64,000 nucleotides of DNA from the NCBI GenBank assembly GCA_951406725.2, contig OX597822.1:31062001-31126000 (forward strand), in the 5' to 3' direction. Under the pieces are notes generated by a model. That model was not told the DNA's origin. It did not search any database and was given only the letters and a program-made list of their open reading frames with translations. Below are positions 26,951 through 41,779 of this stretch, in pieces. The DNA comes from Octopus vulgaris. Its lineage: Eukaryota. Numbering within the stretch: the first letter of the stretch is position 1; every line of letters begins with the position of its first letter. A program made the translations under genes and the position numbers.

Positions 26951-28714
26951 AGATCACTTTTGATATAGTTACACCTACATTTACTGTACAATATTATATG
27001 AACAAATTTGCAGTTACAATATTCAAATAGAAAAGCGAAAGCGAAAGCAAAAACTTACTGCATTAAAATATCCCAAAAGCATGAAATGGCTATAAACAAA
27101 ATAACGTTTGTTTTTGCTAACGTAAATAACACACACACACACACACACACAGACGCGCTCACACACACACACACGCACACACACACACACAGATACACAC
27201 ACACACACAAAGTATGAACTTCATCATTACAGTGGATAGCACAGAATGCTGCTAAAAGCTAAAATAGTATAGACAGAGACGTTGCATTTTATGGCTGATA
27301 GACCAGAACGATTGTTATATTTTATTTAATCTCAGCATAGTTCTTTACGCATTCGCTGTAAAAAGTATATTATACGCATTCCACCGAAAATGATTTATAT
27401 TATATCGTGTCTGAATATTAATTCTATACGTCATTCTTAAATGATATATGTTGATATTCATGCAGGACGATTTTTTTTATGTATAAGATGTATGGATATC
27501 GGAAGAGTGCCTCTTTAAGAAGTACGTTTGCAGAGATTTTAAATCAGTTTGCCTAGCTAACAAAAGGTTCCTCAGTTATTAAGAAATTAATTCACTCCCG
27601 AGTGAAAGGTAATATTCACTGCATAGTCGCTTCCAAATTTAGTTCAAAATCAATTCTACCATTATACTACCGTACTTTGTGTGTCTGCAACTGAAGAGGC
27701 TATTTTGAATTCGAAACTGAATGTGATTCAAATCTTGCTATTATGTACCTAGTCAAATGTCTCATCTATAGCAATGCATTATTGACTCATCTGTATAAAT
27801 ATTTGATTGTGCAACTCAGCATTAAGAAATTTACACTTACGATATTCCTTATATTATTCTGTGAAGGGCTGACAGCAAGGGGCACAAAGATAATTTTTAT
27901 GTCCTTACAGCCACACATATAGAGAAGGTGTATAGTCGTTTTAGTTGGGATCCTATATATCAATGATATTCATTTTCCTGCGTAAATGTTTAAACTGCAT
28001 TGTCGATCTCTGTGGGGAATGTAAAGGTAAAGAGAGCCTACTATCCGATGAATAACAGAATACTTATTTGTTCGTATTCAAAATATAATATGGATATGAA
28101 ATCAACATTATAGATTTATGAGTGGAAGATTTCGTTTATTTTGGAATATGCAAAGAAAAGTGATTTGCACAAATTGAGAAAAGTAAACATTCCAAACGGT
28201 ATCACTATGATTTCTAAGCATGAGAGAAATATCAACTGACATACATGATAACGCAAGAGACATTAATATTTATGTGCAGATCTCATGTTAGATATTATTT
28301 TCATAAATACCCAACGCTATGTTAATAATTTCTTATTTATTCTGTTCAAAATATACAATTCGCGCCAGAATTTAGCATATAATGAGTATAGAGAATTAAT
28401 TTAAAGGAAATATAATCCATTGCGGGGGAGGAACCTTGGGAAATGATTAAGGTTATATAGGAAAAGATTCCACTATAGAAATCACGGAATGAAATAAAAG
28501 ATGTGGGTAAAAGTGTAAAGTGAAGAGAGATATAAGTTTGACTATACGCAGAAAATAGCTGATTGGTGTTCAAAAAAATTATGTATTTGCCATACGGAGC
28601 TCTAATGATGAATGATGATTTCTAATAAAATATACTATTAGCTAAATGTTAGGAATCAGGAAATAATGAGACATGTGTTTTATTTGTGACTTGATATTAA
28701 AAACAACACATCAG

Positions 28715-28945
28715 TCGCTAGGATGTTGATTCCTCAACTCATCATCGGCATAACACTTTTATTATTCTGATAAACAAACGTTCTTCGCAAAAATATATGT
28801 TCTTCAGAAGGAATTTTTGCAATTGTTATTGCATACGTTAATAAGGCAAAATATAGATTTGTGCAGCATTTAATGTTCGGTACTTCATTAAAAGTAAGCA
28901 TGGTTGGTGTAATATTTTGATATATTTTTATTATGCAATGACTCA
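28715..28945 (-). pseudogene. Decayed CTL domain (N-terminal half)
   Basis: HCIIKIYQN..MLTFNEV..KCC..TIAKIPSEEHIFL...S*GIN, within ORF 28734-29003. Confidence 0.45.
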
Positions 28946-29390
28946 ATGCACGGGGAATTAGAGTTCTAAGCAAATGCAATAATGTAGAAGATTTTGTTGA
29001 CAAATATAGCGTTAGTGACTGATGAATTTACCGAATATAAACAACGTAATGAAAACGTGAAAGCATCAAACAAATTATGAAATATCAATTAACGTATGCT
29101 GCACAGAATTTCTGTTATATTAAATAGATTGACACTACTCATTGCATGCAGAGTGTGTAGTACAATCGTTGCCTAATGGGGGTAATTTGTTCTTTTCATG
29201 TAACTTTTAATATTTGTTTCTTCTTTATACAAAGGAACGGTAATGTACAGCCAGGCAGCTCACACACAGACACACATAACCATCAATAACACACACATGG
29301 ACGCAAAACCCTTCATATACTCCTCTTTTTCTCTGTTTGACAGTGTGTGCGGATGTGTGTGTGTCTACATATCTATATATCTATATCTAC

Positions 29391-29428
<38 letters not shown>

Positions 29429-29429
29429 A

Positions 29430-30887
29430 TATCGTCGACCGAATACTACAAAATATGATGGCAAGTCTGAGGATAGACTGAAACATATCGAAGAGGTATC
29501 AACAAACCTAAATCAGAACATCAATATTCTCTTACTGGGTGAATTCAACCTTCCAGATATTAAATCGGGAGAGTACCACATCGTTTCTGGGATGTCACTG
29601 CATGAACAACAGCATGGAAACTCATTATTTGAACTTTCTAATATGCTACGCTTGGACCAAATGATACTCAAGCCAACCAGATGAAGCAACACATTGGACC
29701 TATGCTTCACAAATAATCTGGACCCTATCAATAATGGGAAGGTGATACCAACAGCACTCTCAGATCACAACATTGTCGAACTAACTGTGTATGATTCTAA
29801 GCAAACTGCAGGTATCTATCCTATGAAGAGGCGTCACGCCTTATTGAACCTGAATTTATATATCAAAATGGCGATCAATCTGCACAGAGATCCAAAAACA
29901 AAACTGGTCGGAAAGTTTATGTCAACAACCAAGCTACAATCACTAAACATACCCTAGAAAGCAATGACAGCATACCGACAAAACAACATTCTCAGAGATA
30001 GAAAAATCCTCATGAGACGCAGCTCAAAGATCTCAAAGCGGTTAAATAGGCAGACTAGGGAGAAGTCTATCTTAATACGGATACTCCTAGAAATCGAGAA
30101 CAAGATCAAACTTTCTCATGAAAGGGAGAGAGTAGAGAGAGGGAGAGAGATATGGGAGAGAGCTGTGGAAACCAAGATGGCAGCAAAGGGAAGACAACTG
30201 GAAGGGTGAATACTGAGCCCCTTCAAGACAAGAGACCAAGAAACTATGTTGAACCTGTGGAGCATCTTTGTTCTCAGCCATTTGGACTACTGCTCCGAGT
30301 TATGGTCACTACTAACAGCGGAGCTTGAAGCAGTCTAACGCCACTATACTAAAAATATTGCAACAGTGCACGGATAAGCTACAAGGCTAAGCTGAGAAAA
30401 TTACTCAAGGAACGAAGGCGAGAGAGACATGTAATAATCTACATAGGGAAAACTCTAGAAGGATTAGAACCTAATTTTGGCATTGAGTATTATATAAATG
30501 CCAGAAATGGCCGTTATTGTATTGTACCAACGGTACTATTCATTTTCAATTCAGGACCAGGTACTGCAATAGTCAAGGATTCAAAGTCACACAGCTCTTC
30601 AATGCCCTGCTACAAAAATTAAGAAATGTTCATAAGGTGTAAGTAGATATCTTCAAAAAGGAACAAGACATCTTACTCTCCACAATACCGGACGAACCAA
30701 CAGCCGACATGAGGTACAGACGTGGGCAGAAGCATCAAACTCCCTTATACACCAAATTGGCCAAAAGCTAGGACAAAGGCACATGCGGAAGCGGTGATGT
30801 GAAACACACCAGACTGAGAAAATCAGAAAGACCACGGTGGTGCACCAGCATGACCGCAGCTGCATGGCTGAAATGAGTAGAAGAGTA
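29430..30887 (+). mobile_element. Degenerate, internally deleted CR1-group LINE (APE endonuclease, RT C-terminus, 3' tail)
   Basis: LLLGEFNLPDI, PTR..NTLDLCFTN, LSDHNIV (APE); F..RDQETML..LDYCS.LWS and LEGLEPNFGIE (RT end); tail CGGTGGTGCACCAGCATGACCGCAGCT..GGCTGAAA. Confidence 0.8.
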
Positions 30888-31179
30888 ATATATATAGGAG
30901 TGTTGAAACACTCCTGTCACAACATGGGAACTTAAAAACTGCTATAATGCAAGAAAGTATACTAGTCCCTTAATATTTTATATTTTATATTCAATATTTC
31001 ATCTATTCAATAAGACAATCAATACTTCATATCATTTTACACTATATATATTATTTATACTATATATTCTATATTCTACATTAATATTATAAAGAATATA
31101 AATAAAACATAAAAAACAGAGTTGAATTTCTTTGTATAATATATATCCCTCTATACACATGCATACAAACCCCTTTATA

Positions 31180-31228
<49 letters not shown>

Positions 31229-31248
31229 AGGTAGGTAGATTGACATAT

Positions 31249-31281
<33 letters not shown>

Positions 31282-31461
31282 TAGATAGATAGATATATGT
31301 GTGTGTACATACAGACTTAGACATATATATAATAAAAATGGTAAATAATTTTCCTGTGGTTTTTCATGTAACCAACAATTATTTACCGGTAAATTTCGGT
31401 ATGTAAATACGACAAAATAATTGTCAAGACCTTTGTAAGGTTCAGTATATAGTAAAGAAAA

Positions 31462-31781
31462 ATAAGTTGGCTAGCAGCAAGCTGTTTCGCCTCATACCGA
31501 AGGAATTAGAAATGGCAGTCAAAGACTGTTTTTTTCCATTTCTATAAGTGGAGATTCCAAAAACGAAGGCCCTTGCGGCTCACATACACAAAACCGGAGT
31601 GGCAAATATACGAATTCAGTCACTTACCGTTAATAGCGAACACCGTGTTTCTGGATCACAAACATATAAAAAAAGGGGAGTTTGAATTCCGTCATCAGCG
31701 CTATATTCGATAGCTTTATCAAATGCCACCAGCCCTCACTTCATCCTTCGGTATGAGGCGAAACAGCTTGCTGCTAGCCAA

Positions 31782-31786
<5 letters not shown>
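31462..31786. repeat. Perfect 43-bp inverted repeat in a (TA)n-flanked element
   Basis: 31462-31504 is the exact reverse complement of 31744-31786. Confidence 0.85.
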
Positions 31787-31828
<42 letters not shown>

Positions 31829-33256
31829 CATTTTATTTGCCTAATATCATGAATATTGCTAAAGCGGTATTAAGGGTTACTTCTCAAACATAAAAACTTA
31901 ATTAGGAAGTGATATAAAAGTACAAGTTTCTCATAACTCTGATTCTTGCGGATGTCACCGACTTGAAATTGAGATAAGGAAGGAAAGGATTGTTGACTGT
32001 TTTTATCACTTTTGTGATAAGGAAATTGAGAGGAATTTGAAAGTAAAATGTTTCACAAAGGGAAAAGACGAGGAATGGGAGAGGCATCGTAAAAATAATG
32101 GATTGAACGTTGATTTGAGGATCGCCAACGATTACCGGCAGGTTTGTTTTAAATCATGCAAATTACTAGAGCCCCATATGTTATAAAATCTTTTTGCTAT
32201 ATATAAAATACTTCTACTCGGATCAGGTTGGCACCTCTTTGTCTCTGCTTTACTTATCAGCTCCAACCTTACTGAAATATGTCTGTTGGTGTCTCTTCAC
32301 CTGTTAATAAAGATAAGATTCTGCCTAAACTTTTAAATTTAGTGTAATGAAGTAATTCTTTACCAATAGAGTTAGTTTCTTCTTTGTGCTGCTTTTTAAA
32401 TGAAATTTAAATGAATTTATTCTTAAATATTTTCTCGAAATTTTTTCCTCTTTTTATTGATAAACTTTTATAACGACTCTAGGATTTTTCATTTATTATG
32501 CGAATTAAAGTTTATAGGGCTTCTTTTAAAGTCAGTTTTGAAATCATTTCACCTTTTTCTCTTATAATCTCGAACAGTTGTTAGGGTCTGTTTTATCGTA
32601 TAAACAAAATTTTGTGAATTTTTTAATGCTTGAAGTGATTTTACCTTTATTTTTTGGATAGTCTCCAATAATTTCCATTAAGATGTGTTTTATAATGTAA
32701 ATAATTTTTTTCCTTAACTTTAGACTTGCAGTTATCTCCCTTTTCTTTCGCTGTCGCAAATAAATACTCCTTCATGTTTTTTATTTTTATTTGCTTCAAC
32801 ATCAAAGAGGCGAATTTCAATGAAGTGAAAATGTTATGACTACCACAGGCCGTGTATTTATTCCGTAGGTGATGCGTCAGAATTCATACTAATGGACAAG
32901 CAATGTTATCTTCTTAGCTCATTATATATGATCTTTAGCGACTCTCAGCTAATTAGCTTCCACACTAGATCACAGGTCTTGAACTTCTCTACTCATACAA
33001 ACATCTAAATGTTACTGGTGATTCGAACACAAATATAAAAAGAATTTTAATTAATTATCACAAGAAAATTTCTCTTGTACTTTTCTTCTTTTAACTGCTA
33101 TTTCATAGTATCAGTTATCTATTACGGCAGAAAATGCTAATTGGCTTTTTACAGAACACAGAAAGAACTTGCAGAGACAGAACCATCTCATCGTCACTCA
33201 CACAGACTCACATGCATACATAAAAATACAAACACAGCCATATATATGTATATGCA

Positions 33257-33304
<48 letters not shown>

Positions 33305-33396
33305 GGCTTCTTACATATATACCATTCTGCCTAAAAAGTGGATCTAATGTTCTAATATCTACACACTTGTTTTTTTATCTCATTGTGCAAAATATT

Positions 33397-33957
<561 letters not shown>

Positions 33958-35060
33958 TATATATATATATATACATACACTCATATGTGCGTGTATGCGT
34001 GTGTGTATGATATGACCTTATACATCCTCCCATATAAGTGTACGCAATGTTTAAACACTAACGCCCACATGCAAACCTACGATCTACCAAAACAGATAAA
34101 GACAGTGAAGAATGAAATCATTTAGATAAATGCCAACCAAAGTTTTCATTGAAATACAGACGTGTTAAGTTTTGTCGACACCAAATACACGATTTCTGAA
34201 TAGAATATATAATAAAAACTGGGGGAAAATATCTTTCATCATAAAAATTGTTCCAGTTAAAAACATTTTTATTGTGACGTAGCTACAAATGATGCTTTTG
34301 TAGAATAAGTAAAAAATTGTTGGTGACTGTGGTAACAAATATAAAAATGTAACCATGTATAGTAAACATGACATTCAATCTAGCGAATGGAAGAGCCTCA
34401 GGGAGCCTTCACTTCTTGTTCAAACAACAAAAATATTTTATGGAAATGATTTTACACCATTTTAAAAACTACGTCTCTCCGAGTACATATGTGCCGCTGG
34501 CTTAGCTACTTAGCTAAGAAGCTGTGTCGCAAACGCGTTGCTTATTCCAAGTAGGTGGCACTTGTACAAATATCAACCAATGCTTTATAAACGAGTTTCG
34601 TAGGTGGAGAATGTGTGGAAGCCTGTCGTATGCACACAGCCAAATACATACATACATATATCCATATATATACACACATATGCACACATGCACACAGACG
34701 CACGAACACACACGTACACACTCATGAACACATACGCATACAGACACATATACGTGTGGGTGGACGGACGAAAGGAATTGACACTCAGCACATTTAGTTG
34801 ACCAATAGCAGTGCAGTTTGCAGTAGCAACCTGGGACTTACTGCATCTCTACATTCAGTTAAGTGAGCCCGACAAACCAGATTTTAGTAAGAATCTTACG
34901 AAATTTTATTGCACGTGGGGACAAATTAAAATATTTGAAATAATCATAGTCACACACATACAAACACACACACTCACACACACAAACCCACACGCACACA
35001 CACACACACACAAACGCACACACATAAACACACGCACTCACACACGCAAACGCACAACTG

Positions 35061-35097
<37 letters not shown>

Positions 35098-35109
35098 GTA
35101 TGTATACCG

Positions 35110-35320
35110 GAGTAAGCACATACATTTGAAACAAGGTGGAAAAAGGACTACTCAAATACCAGAGGTAGAGTAATATATTTTATTTAAAAGCATCAGAAAT
35201 ATAACAAAACATGTTACTCAGAGTTATATGTTCCCGTTCGTTGGACAGTTTTGTTTAAAAAAATGTGAAACTCTGATTACAGCTTTTGTTATATTTCTGC
35301 TGCTTGTAAATAAAGTATAT
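35110..35320 (-). mobile_element. Penelope-like terminal fragment with degenerate hammerhead and inverted partial copy, inside a split SINE A (about 34515-34630 / 35405-35580)
   Basis: Reverse complement ACTGT CCAACGA ACG GGAA CAT ATAA CTCTGAG TA ACA; the inverted copy at 35263-35318 retains GTGAAACTCTGA. Confidence 0.5.
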
Positions 35321-36439
35321 GTATGTATATACATATATATAGATAGATATATAATAAGGTAGATAGATATGCATATTGGTATATACGTGTGTGCGTCCTT
35401 TTGTTGATTCTCTCGTCGCTTGGAAACTGGTATCGACTTGTAAATAAACGGTTCAGCCTAATTGACATAAAGAAAGAGAAACTGGTGTAAAATAATTACT
35501 GGTATCGATTTGTTCGCCGAACACTGAAAAGCGTTTTGTCTATTACGGTTGCAGTGCAATGATTGAAACAGCTGAACGAGTGTTAGATAATAAAATTCTA
35601 AACGGAAAGACAATGGTATGTCTGATCGGCGAGGCTTAAACATAGCTAAGTAACGGCTAAACTAAAACAAGAACATCAGCATTACTGTCATTATCTAAAT
35701 TTATATAATCAACTTAAGAACAACATAACAGTAAGTTATACGACCAGGAACACAAACTTCCACGGATATCATTTAAGCAAATGCGATTGTCAGATTCCTG
35801 ACTCCATTGAAATCAGCGAGGAATATAATCACGTTAAATACCAACTGAAAGTAAAATTCGAGAAGTGGAATTTGTTTAACAATGCAAACAATTTACAATT
35901 AATTATCAGAATTAATTAACAATTAATTCTATCGGTGTAGTATCTTCTACCTTATATTTGCTTAGCAGTAAGAAATATTTCATTTATTTCTTCCCTTGCT
36001 TAGTCTGCTGGTAATTGATAAGTAAATTGTATAAGAAAATCTTATTTCAATCTCGAGGACAAAAGATCTGATTTTGGTAAACTAATTATTCCTGTTCGAA
36101 GATATTTTAGTCTTAAACTTTATCCAGGTGTTCATCTCTCTGGGATAGCATTTATTAATCTATGAATATTCTATATTCAGTTGTACTATACACCATCTAG
36201 AATTCAAAAACAGTAGCGTAATATACGGGATACAATAAAAAATTGAATTATTCAAATTCACAGGAGACGGTAATAACTTCGAACATCGTGCTTCAAATAG
36301 CACCCAAATTTCTCTGAAATTTTAAATATACCGTATTAAGAGAAACATGGTATTTTGGGCAATATATTAGTAGGTACCATATATCTAAAAATGATCATCA
36401 AACGTATTGTAATGATAAGAATACAAGGATAGTTTCTTG

Positions 36440-36680
36440 TCACAGAAAAGTCCAGTCCACAGAGTCCCTGTTCCAGGACTGTTTTCAACCTCTGAAACTA
36501 TCAGCCTTATAAATAACCAACGATCGCTTCTTTTCGAGGCATCTCTTTTGCTGAGAAAAATAACCAAATCTCACTTGATTCACACTTGAAAATACGAAAG
36601 GGCACCATATGTCATACAGGCCTGGATTATTATAATATGTATTAAAGAGCCATAACAGTGTTATCTTCCATCGCGTACCT
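36440..36680 (-). pseudogene. Decayed CTL domain
   Basis: HCYG..QACMTYGA / FSSVNQVRF / GTLWTGL. Confidence 0.45.
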
Positions 36681-36824
36681 TGTCGACAATAAGCAAACAA
36701 TCAAAATCTGCAACAGCATCATAAAATCCCCAATCTCTCTTGCTGTCTAAGTATTATTAAAGGAAACATAAACACAATAAGATATGTTGCATCAAGAGCT
36801 TCATTCGACAAATTATCTTCCAGT

Positions 36825-37114
36825 AGTGTTTGTTTGTTCCTTCTCGAGCCATGCCCGAATCATTAGTGCCGGTTTCCCGATTTCCTTGCCGTATAGGTTC
36901 CCCACCTGGACGGGACGCGGGTCCGTCGCAGGTGAGCTGCAAGATGCAGGAGGAAAGAGTGAGAGAAAGTTGTGGCGAAAGAGTGAGCAGAAGTTCGCCA
37001 ATTACCTTCTGTTGGAGCCGCGTGGAGCTTAGGTGTTTCGCTCATAAACACACACATCGCCCGGTCTGAGATTCGAACCAGCGATCCCTCGACCACTAGG
37101 CCATGTGCTTCCAC
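36825..37114 (-). mobile_element. SINE with family-C head and alternative 3' body
   Basis: Reverse complement TGTGGAAGCACATGGCCTAGTGG..GGTTCGAATCTC..GCGAAACACCTAAGCTCCACG..CGCCACAACTTTCTCTCAC, then a distinct tail. Confidence 0.8.
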
Positions 37115-37958
37115 ATCAGAAATAATGATAGTAGATATAGATTTTAGTTTAAATACAGCATCAGTCGAAGCAGAGACGTTGGTAACAGCATTAAAAGAAA
37201 AATTAATTTTTTGATATTTATTTATTCAAAGTGAATCATTAATAAAATTTTTAATAAAACTACAGCTGCGAACTGTATACTACAACAACGGTCAACACTC
37301 TCATTGTTTTGCCAAACAACCAACTTTGCTCATTGTTTTAAACCGTCCCTATTATCTGCTAGTTGCAAAGAATCCTTTTCCATTAGTTAGCTAATGAAAT
37401 GCCCGCAGTTAAGTGTGAAAAACATAATGTTGCATTTAGTCAGTTTGAAAAACGGAAAAGAAACTGAAGGTGGATTTGGACAGCGAAATATAGTCGTATG
37501 TTAATGTAATTTCGCATACTCTGGTCACAACAGGATAAAGAGGTTTCGAACAAAACCTTTCGTGCAGGTGAGAAAATCTGATTATTTATTGCTTTGTTTT
37601 TGTTGGAAGTATTGAAAGTCTAGGTTTTGGGGGAGAGTTCAAGGAAATTGATGTGCAGAGGTTGTCAGCGGGTTGAGGGATCGAGAGAAATATGGATCTG
37701 AGAGGATATTTACTAGTCAAGTAAATTAAGTTTAAATTCTATTTGTTACAGGAGAAGGGGTGTTATAGGAATGTTATATATCTATCAACATATGCATAAA
37801 CGTTCATACTGATATGCAGAAACGCATTAACGCAAAGATTGCCTGGTGTATCATCGTTAGGTAGATGGTTGCATGATATATTCGGAATATTAAGTATATC
37901 TGAAGCGTTGTAATTCTACAAATTACGAGTTGTTGAAAGGTTACTGGGTATAAGTATC

Positions 37959-38174
37959 CTTTTCTACTCTAGGCACTAGACCCGAAATTTCGGGGGAGGT
38001 AGCCCAGTCAATTAGTTCAACCACAATTCACAACTTGTACTTAAATTATCGACCCCGGAAGGATGAAAGGCAAGGTCGACCTCGGCGGAATTCGAACTCA
38101 GAACGTAAAGATAGACGAAATACAGATAACCATTTCGCCCGCCGTGCTAACGTTTCTGCCAGCTCGCTGCCTTC
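37959..38174 (-). mobile_element. Full SINE family B with perfect 15-bp TSD
   Basis: TSD CTGGGTATAAGTATC at 37944-37958 and 38175-38189. Confidence 0.9.
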
Positions 38175-38859
38175 CTGGGTATAAGTATCGCGAAAAGGCC
38201 TGGCTGGAGGCCAAACCTTCTGTGTTCTATTACTGGGTTTAGAAAAAAGTAAAGGATCACTGCAATAAGTGTTTGAATCTGGTGAGAGGGAAATATGTTT
38301 AATAAAATCGTAATTAACTTGTCCGATATTTTCTTTTATCCCAAACCAGGAACTTTTAGCATACCTCGTATTTACTCAAGGAAATTTAATAACAACCGAA
38401 ATGGACTCATGAAATATTATGTCCTCATACACATCGGGATTGTTCTCCTCATGTCTGAACGGGGATGAAACAAATAGCAAATTATATTGTTGGGCTAAGG
38501 AATAAAGTGTGAAACGTAGTTCTGAAATGATGGAACGAGTAACAGTTCACACATACATGCACCTTTTTTTTTTTTGCTTTAGTCCTTTTTCCCATATAAA
38601 TCAAAACAAACCTGAAACAGAAGAAAAAGACAAAAAAGCAATGACTTGTATATATTTGATAATAGGACCCTTGATCTTCAAGAAATAACAACCAAATTTC
38701 TCCCTCGTCATTTACTAAGGTTTTTTAATATGAAGATTTTAGTGCATAAAGTGGGGCAGTAACGGTTTTTCTTCTTTTTATTTTCATCATTGATTTGCTT
38801 CTCTTATCAAATTTCTGCTCAATAAGCGCTGACCTCACGTTAAAAACCAACATCTTCAC

Positions 38860-39105
38860 AACCTCTACTATCAAACACGCTACTACAACTGCTGCCACAG
38901 CCACCACAACCACCACAACCACAAAAGCCATATACATAACCACAACCATCACCACCACAAGCATCACAACCAAAACCAACACAACCAACACCACTACTAC
39001 CACTGCCACCATTTTCATAATTGTTCTTATTGCCAACATAAGCGTCATCGACGTCGTCATCGTCGTCACCACCACCACTACCACGACCTACGCACACCAA
39101 CAACA
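38860..39105. repeat. Degenerate (ACC/ACA)n low-complexity tract
   Basis: Direct inspection. Confidence 0.8.
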
Positions 39106-39928
39106 TTAGAAAAAGAGCAATTTACTCAGTCTAAAATAACCATTCTGCAATTCAGACTGCATGATTTATAATATCGATACAAAACCTTCTACCACAAATG
39201 GCCAAAGCGAATCGAGTTAGCAGACAATAATTGGGTTTGTTATATCTCTCACTGATTCGATGCAGCTGTGACTACTTACTCAAAGTTTCTTCAATATTTC
39301 TTCAATCAATAATATTTCTTGAATTGCGGAGGTTTTTGTTGAAGACAGCACACATCCGATGTACGTACTGTAGGAACTTCGCTGTATACTAGACAAGACA
39401 GTTTGAAATTGTAATTAACGCATCTATTTCTACATGACTACTTCTATAGTTTTAAGCAAGAAATGTATCCGGGCGAAGACAGCAAACGTCAGATTTATCA
39501 CGCATCACTTGGAAAAGATTGCAAAGATGGTGACCGAGTTACTGTTTGATGGTAATGATTAAATGAATATCAGACAGAATTCAAACTATCATGTGCAGCT
39601 TAGAGATTCTATTAGGTGTAATTGGTAACTAAGAAGATATATTCAACGAGCGGAAATCTCTTTATTTATGGGGACAATTAATTTTCTCGGTCATGACTAC
39701 TATTCATACAATAGCTAAACTAGTTAGCACTATTGCAAATCTTATATTATTATGTAAGTGCAGTCGCTATAAATATTCATAAACAGATGAAGAATGAGAT
39801 GTAGATTGAAAGATTAAAGCTGAATTCAATGTAATTTCCTATCCCTTTTAAAATTCCACTACGTCGATATGTTGTACAGATATACGGTCGGTATGATAAT
39901 TAAATGAATTGATAAGTACACATATCAT

Positions 39929-40002
<74 letters not shown>

Positions 40003-40026
40003 TATGTGCGTGTGTGTGCATATATA

Positions 40027-40066
<40 letters not shown>

Positions 40067-40071
40067 TATAT

Positions 40072-40142
<71 letters not shown>

Positions 40143-40499
40143 TATATGCATATATATACATTCATAAGAAACGAATACCTGGCGGATAGAACCCCCTATA
40201 GTATTCGTTTCACCTTTCTTCGAACTTAGCCCAGTTTATTTTCCAGAAATGTCTTACTCCACTATCGATCACATATGATATGTTTCCCATAACGCACCAC
40301 TAGAATTATTTGTTCCCCACCAAATTTAATTGGTTCTAAAAAAATGTTCATGTTATTGTTAATAACATTAATGCACTTGTGTGTCCCCACATTCAATTAA
40401 ACCGTGGACGTCTCTAAAATATTTAACAAAATACACACTGTATCAAAACAAGATAGCAGTTATTAGCAAGGATAAAGCTTTGCACTGGGTGACAATATT

Positions 40500-40875
40500 A
40501 GAGATGGTTGTATGTGGCCACAATCCTCTCTACTACTGCTTCGTACTTGAGCCGCGAAATGTTTTGAGACTTCATGAAAAGAGTTTTATAAGTGCGATGA
40601 ATGCGGTTTTGGAATTCCTGTTCTGCAGCCTATGTTTCAGTTTTGTAGAGAAGAATGAACTTGCGATTAAGAATGCGAAGTTTTATTGACCTTGCGGTAC
40701 TTGATTGCCAAATACTTTGCGACTTGTTACACAGAAGCTATTTTCGCTAAAGGTCAAGAAGTCTATATTAAGTTTCATATATAAATCGATGAGCTGTAAG
40801 CCATCGTTGGACAAAATTGGTACGCATACGGGTTTATCATTGATGGTCATGCATTTAGTTTTTAATTGCATTCAG
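40500..40875 (-). mobile_element. RTE-like LINE RT C-terminal relic
   Basis: KTKCMTIN.. and ILLYKTET*..FQNRIHRTYKTLFMKSQNIS, resembling ILLYGSETW..RLDGTY..LL..AQNISW. Confidence 0.6.
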
Positions 40876-41245
40876 AATCAGTTTTATGGCGATAACGAGG
40901 GAACACATGTAATAGAATAATCCGAACAGGTCAGAGTGAAGAAAAATATCTTATTTGAGTGGTATATGTTTTGTATAAAGAGTATAATGAAAATATATAG
41001 ATTTTACTCCCATTCTCTAATTGAAGGCAAATGCTCTTAACTTTCTTTCGCTCTATTACACGGTGAGTGTTCAATTCCATTTGCTTTCCCAAATTCTGCA
41101 TTTTTCACTTTCACTGTCTCTGTCTCTCTTTCTCTCTCTCTTATACACATACACACAAACACACACACAGGTATATATTCTGGTATTCTTTTATTCTGTT
41201 ATGCTTCAGCCCTAAGGCTCTAGCCATGCTGGTGCACCGTCGTTG

Positions 41246-41278
<33 letters not shown>

Positions 41279-41466
41279 TGTCTACACCAACTGTCTTCGT
41301 CTTTTGCTTTTTGCGGTTCGATAAAATGAGTTTTAGTTCAGTAATGTATTTCAATAAACCTCTCTTCCTGAATTTAATCTTGTGTCAAAATTTGAACGTG
41401 ATATTAAAAGCTCTATATAAAAATTGAAACTTCCCTTTCCTAAATTTGCGACTACGTATGTATATA

Positions 41467-41779
41467 CAGTGTGTCCGGAAAGTGCGCTTACCATTTGAAA
41501 AATTCAGAAAAACAAATGAGAAATACCCACAATCCAGTAGAGTTTATAGTAAAACATAGGCAAATAAAATTTTATCAGAAACATCTAAACGCTTCCACAT
41601 GGGCTCCATATACTGTAAAGGATTTGCTTGAAAGATATCAACATTAATAGAAACAATTGTAGAAATCGTAAATATATTTTACGAATATTCTATATTAGAA
41701 TCAACCTTCATAATAGTGGATTAAAAAAATATCCACATTCACGTTGGTTATTTTTGAAGCCACGACGTGAAGCACACTG
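41467..41779. mobile_element. Tc1/mariner-type MITE
   Basis: TA|CAGTGTG...CACACTG|TA. Confidence 0.65.

Noticed and set aside
38725-39109. Thr-rich mucin-like or Val-rich ORFs
   Set aside because: Degenerate trinucleotide repeat with no splice or homology support
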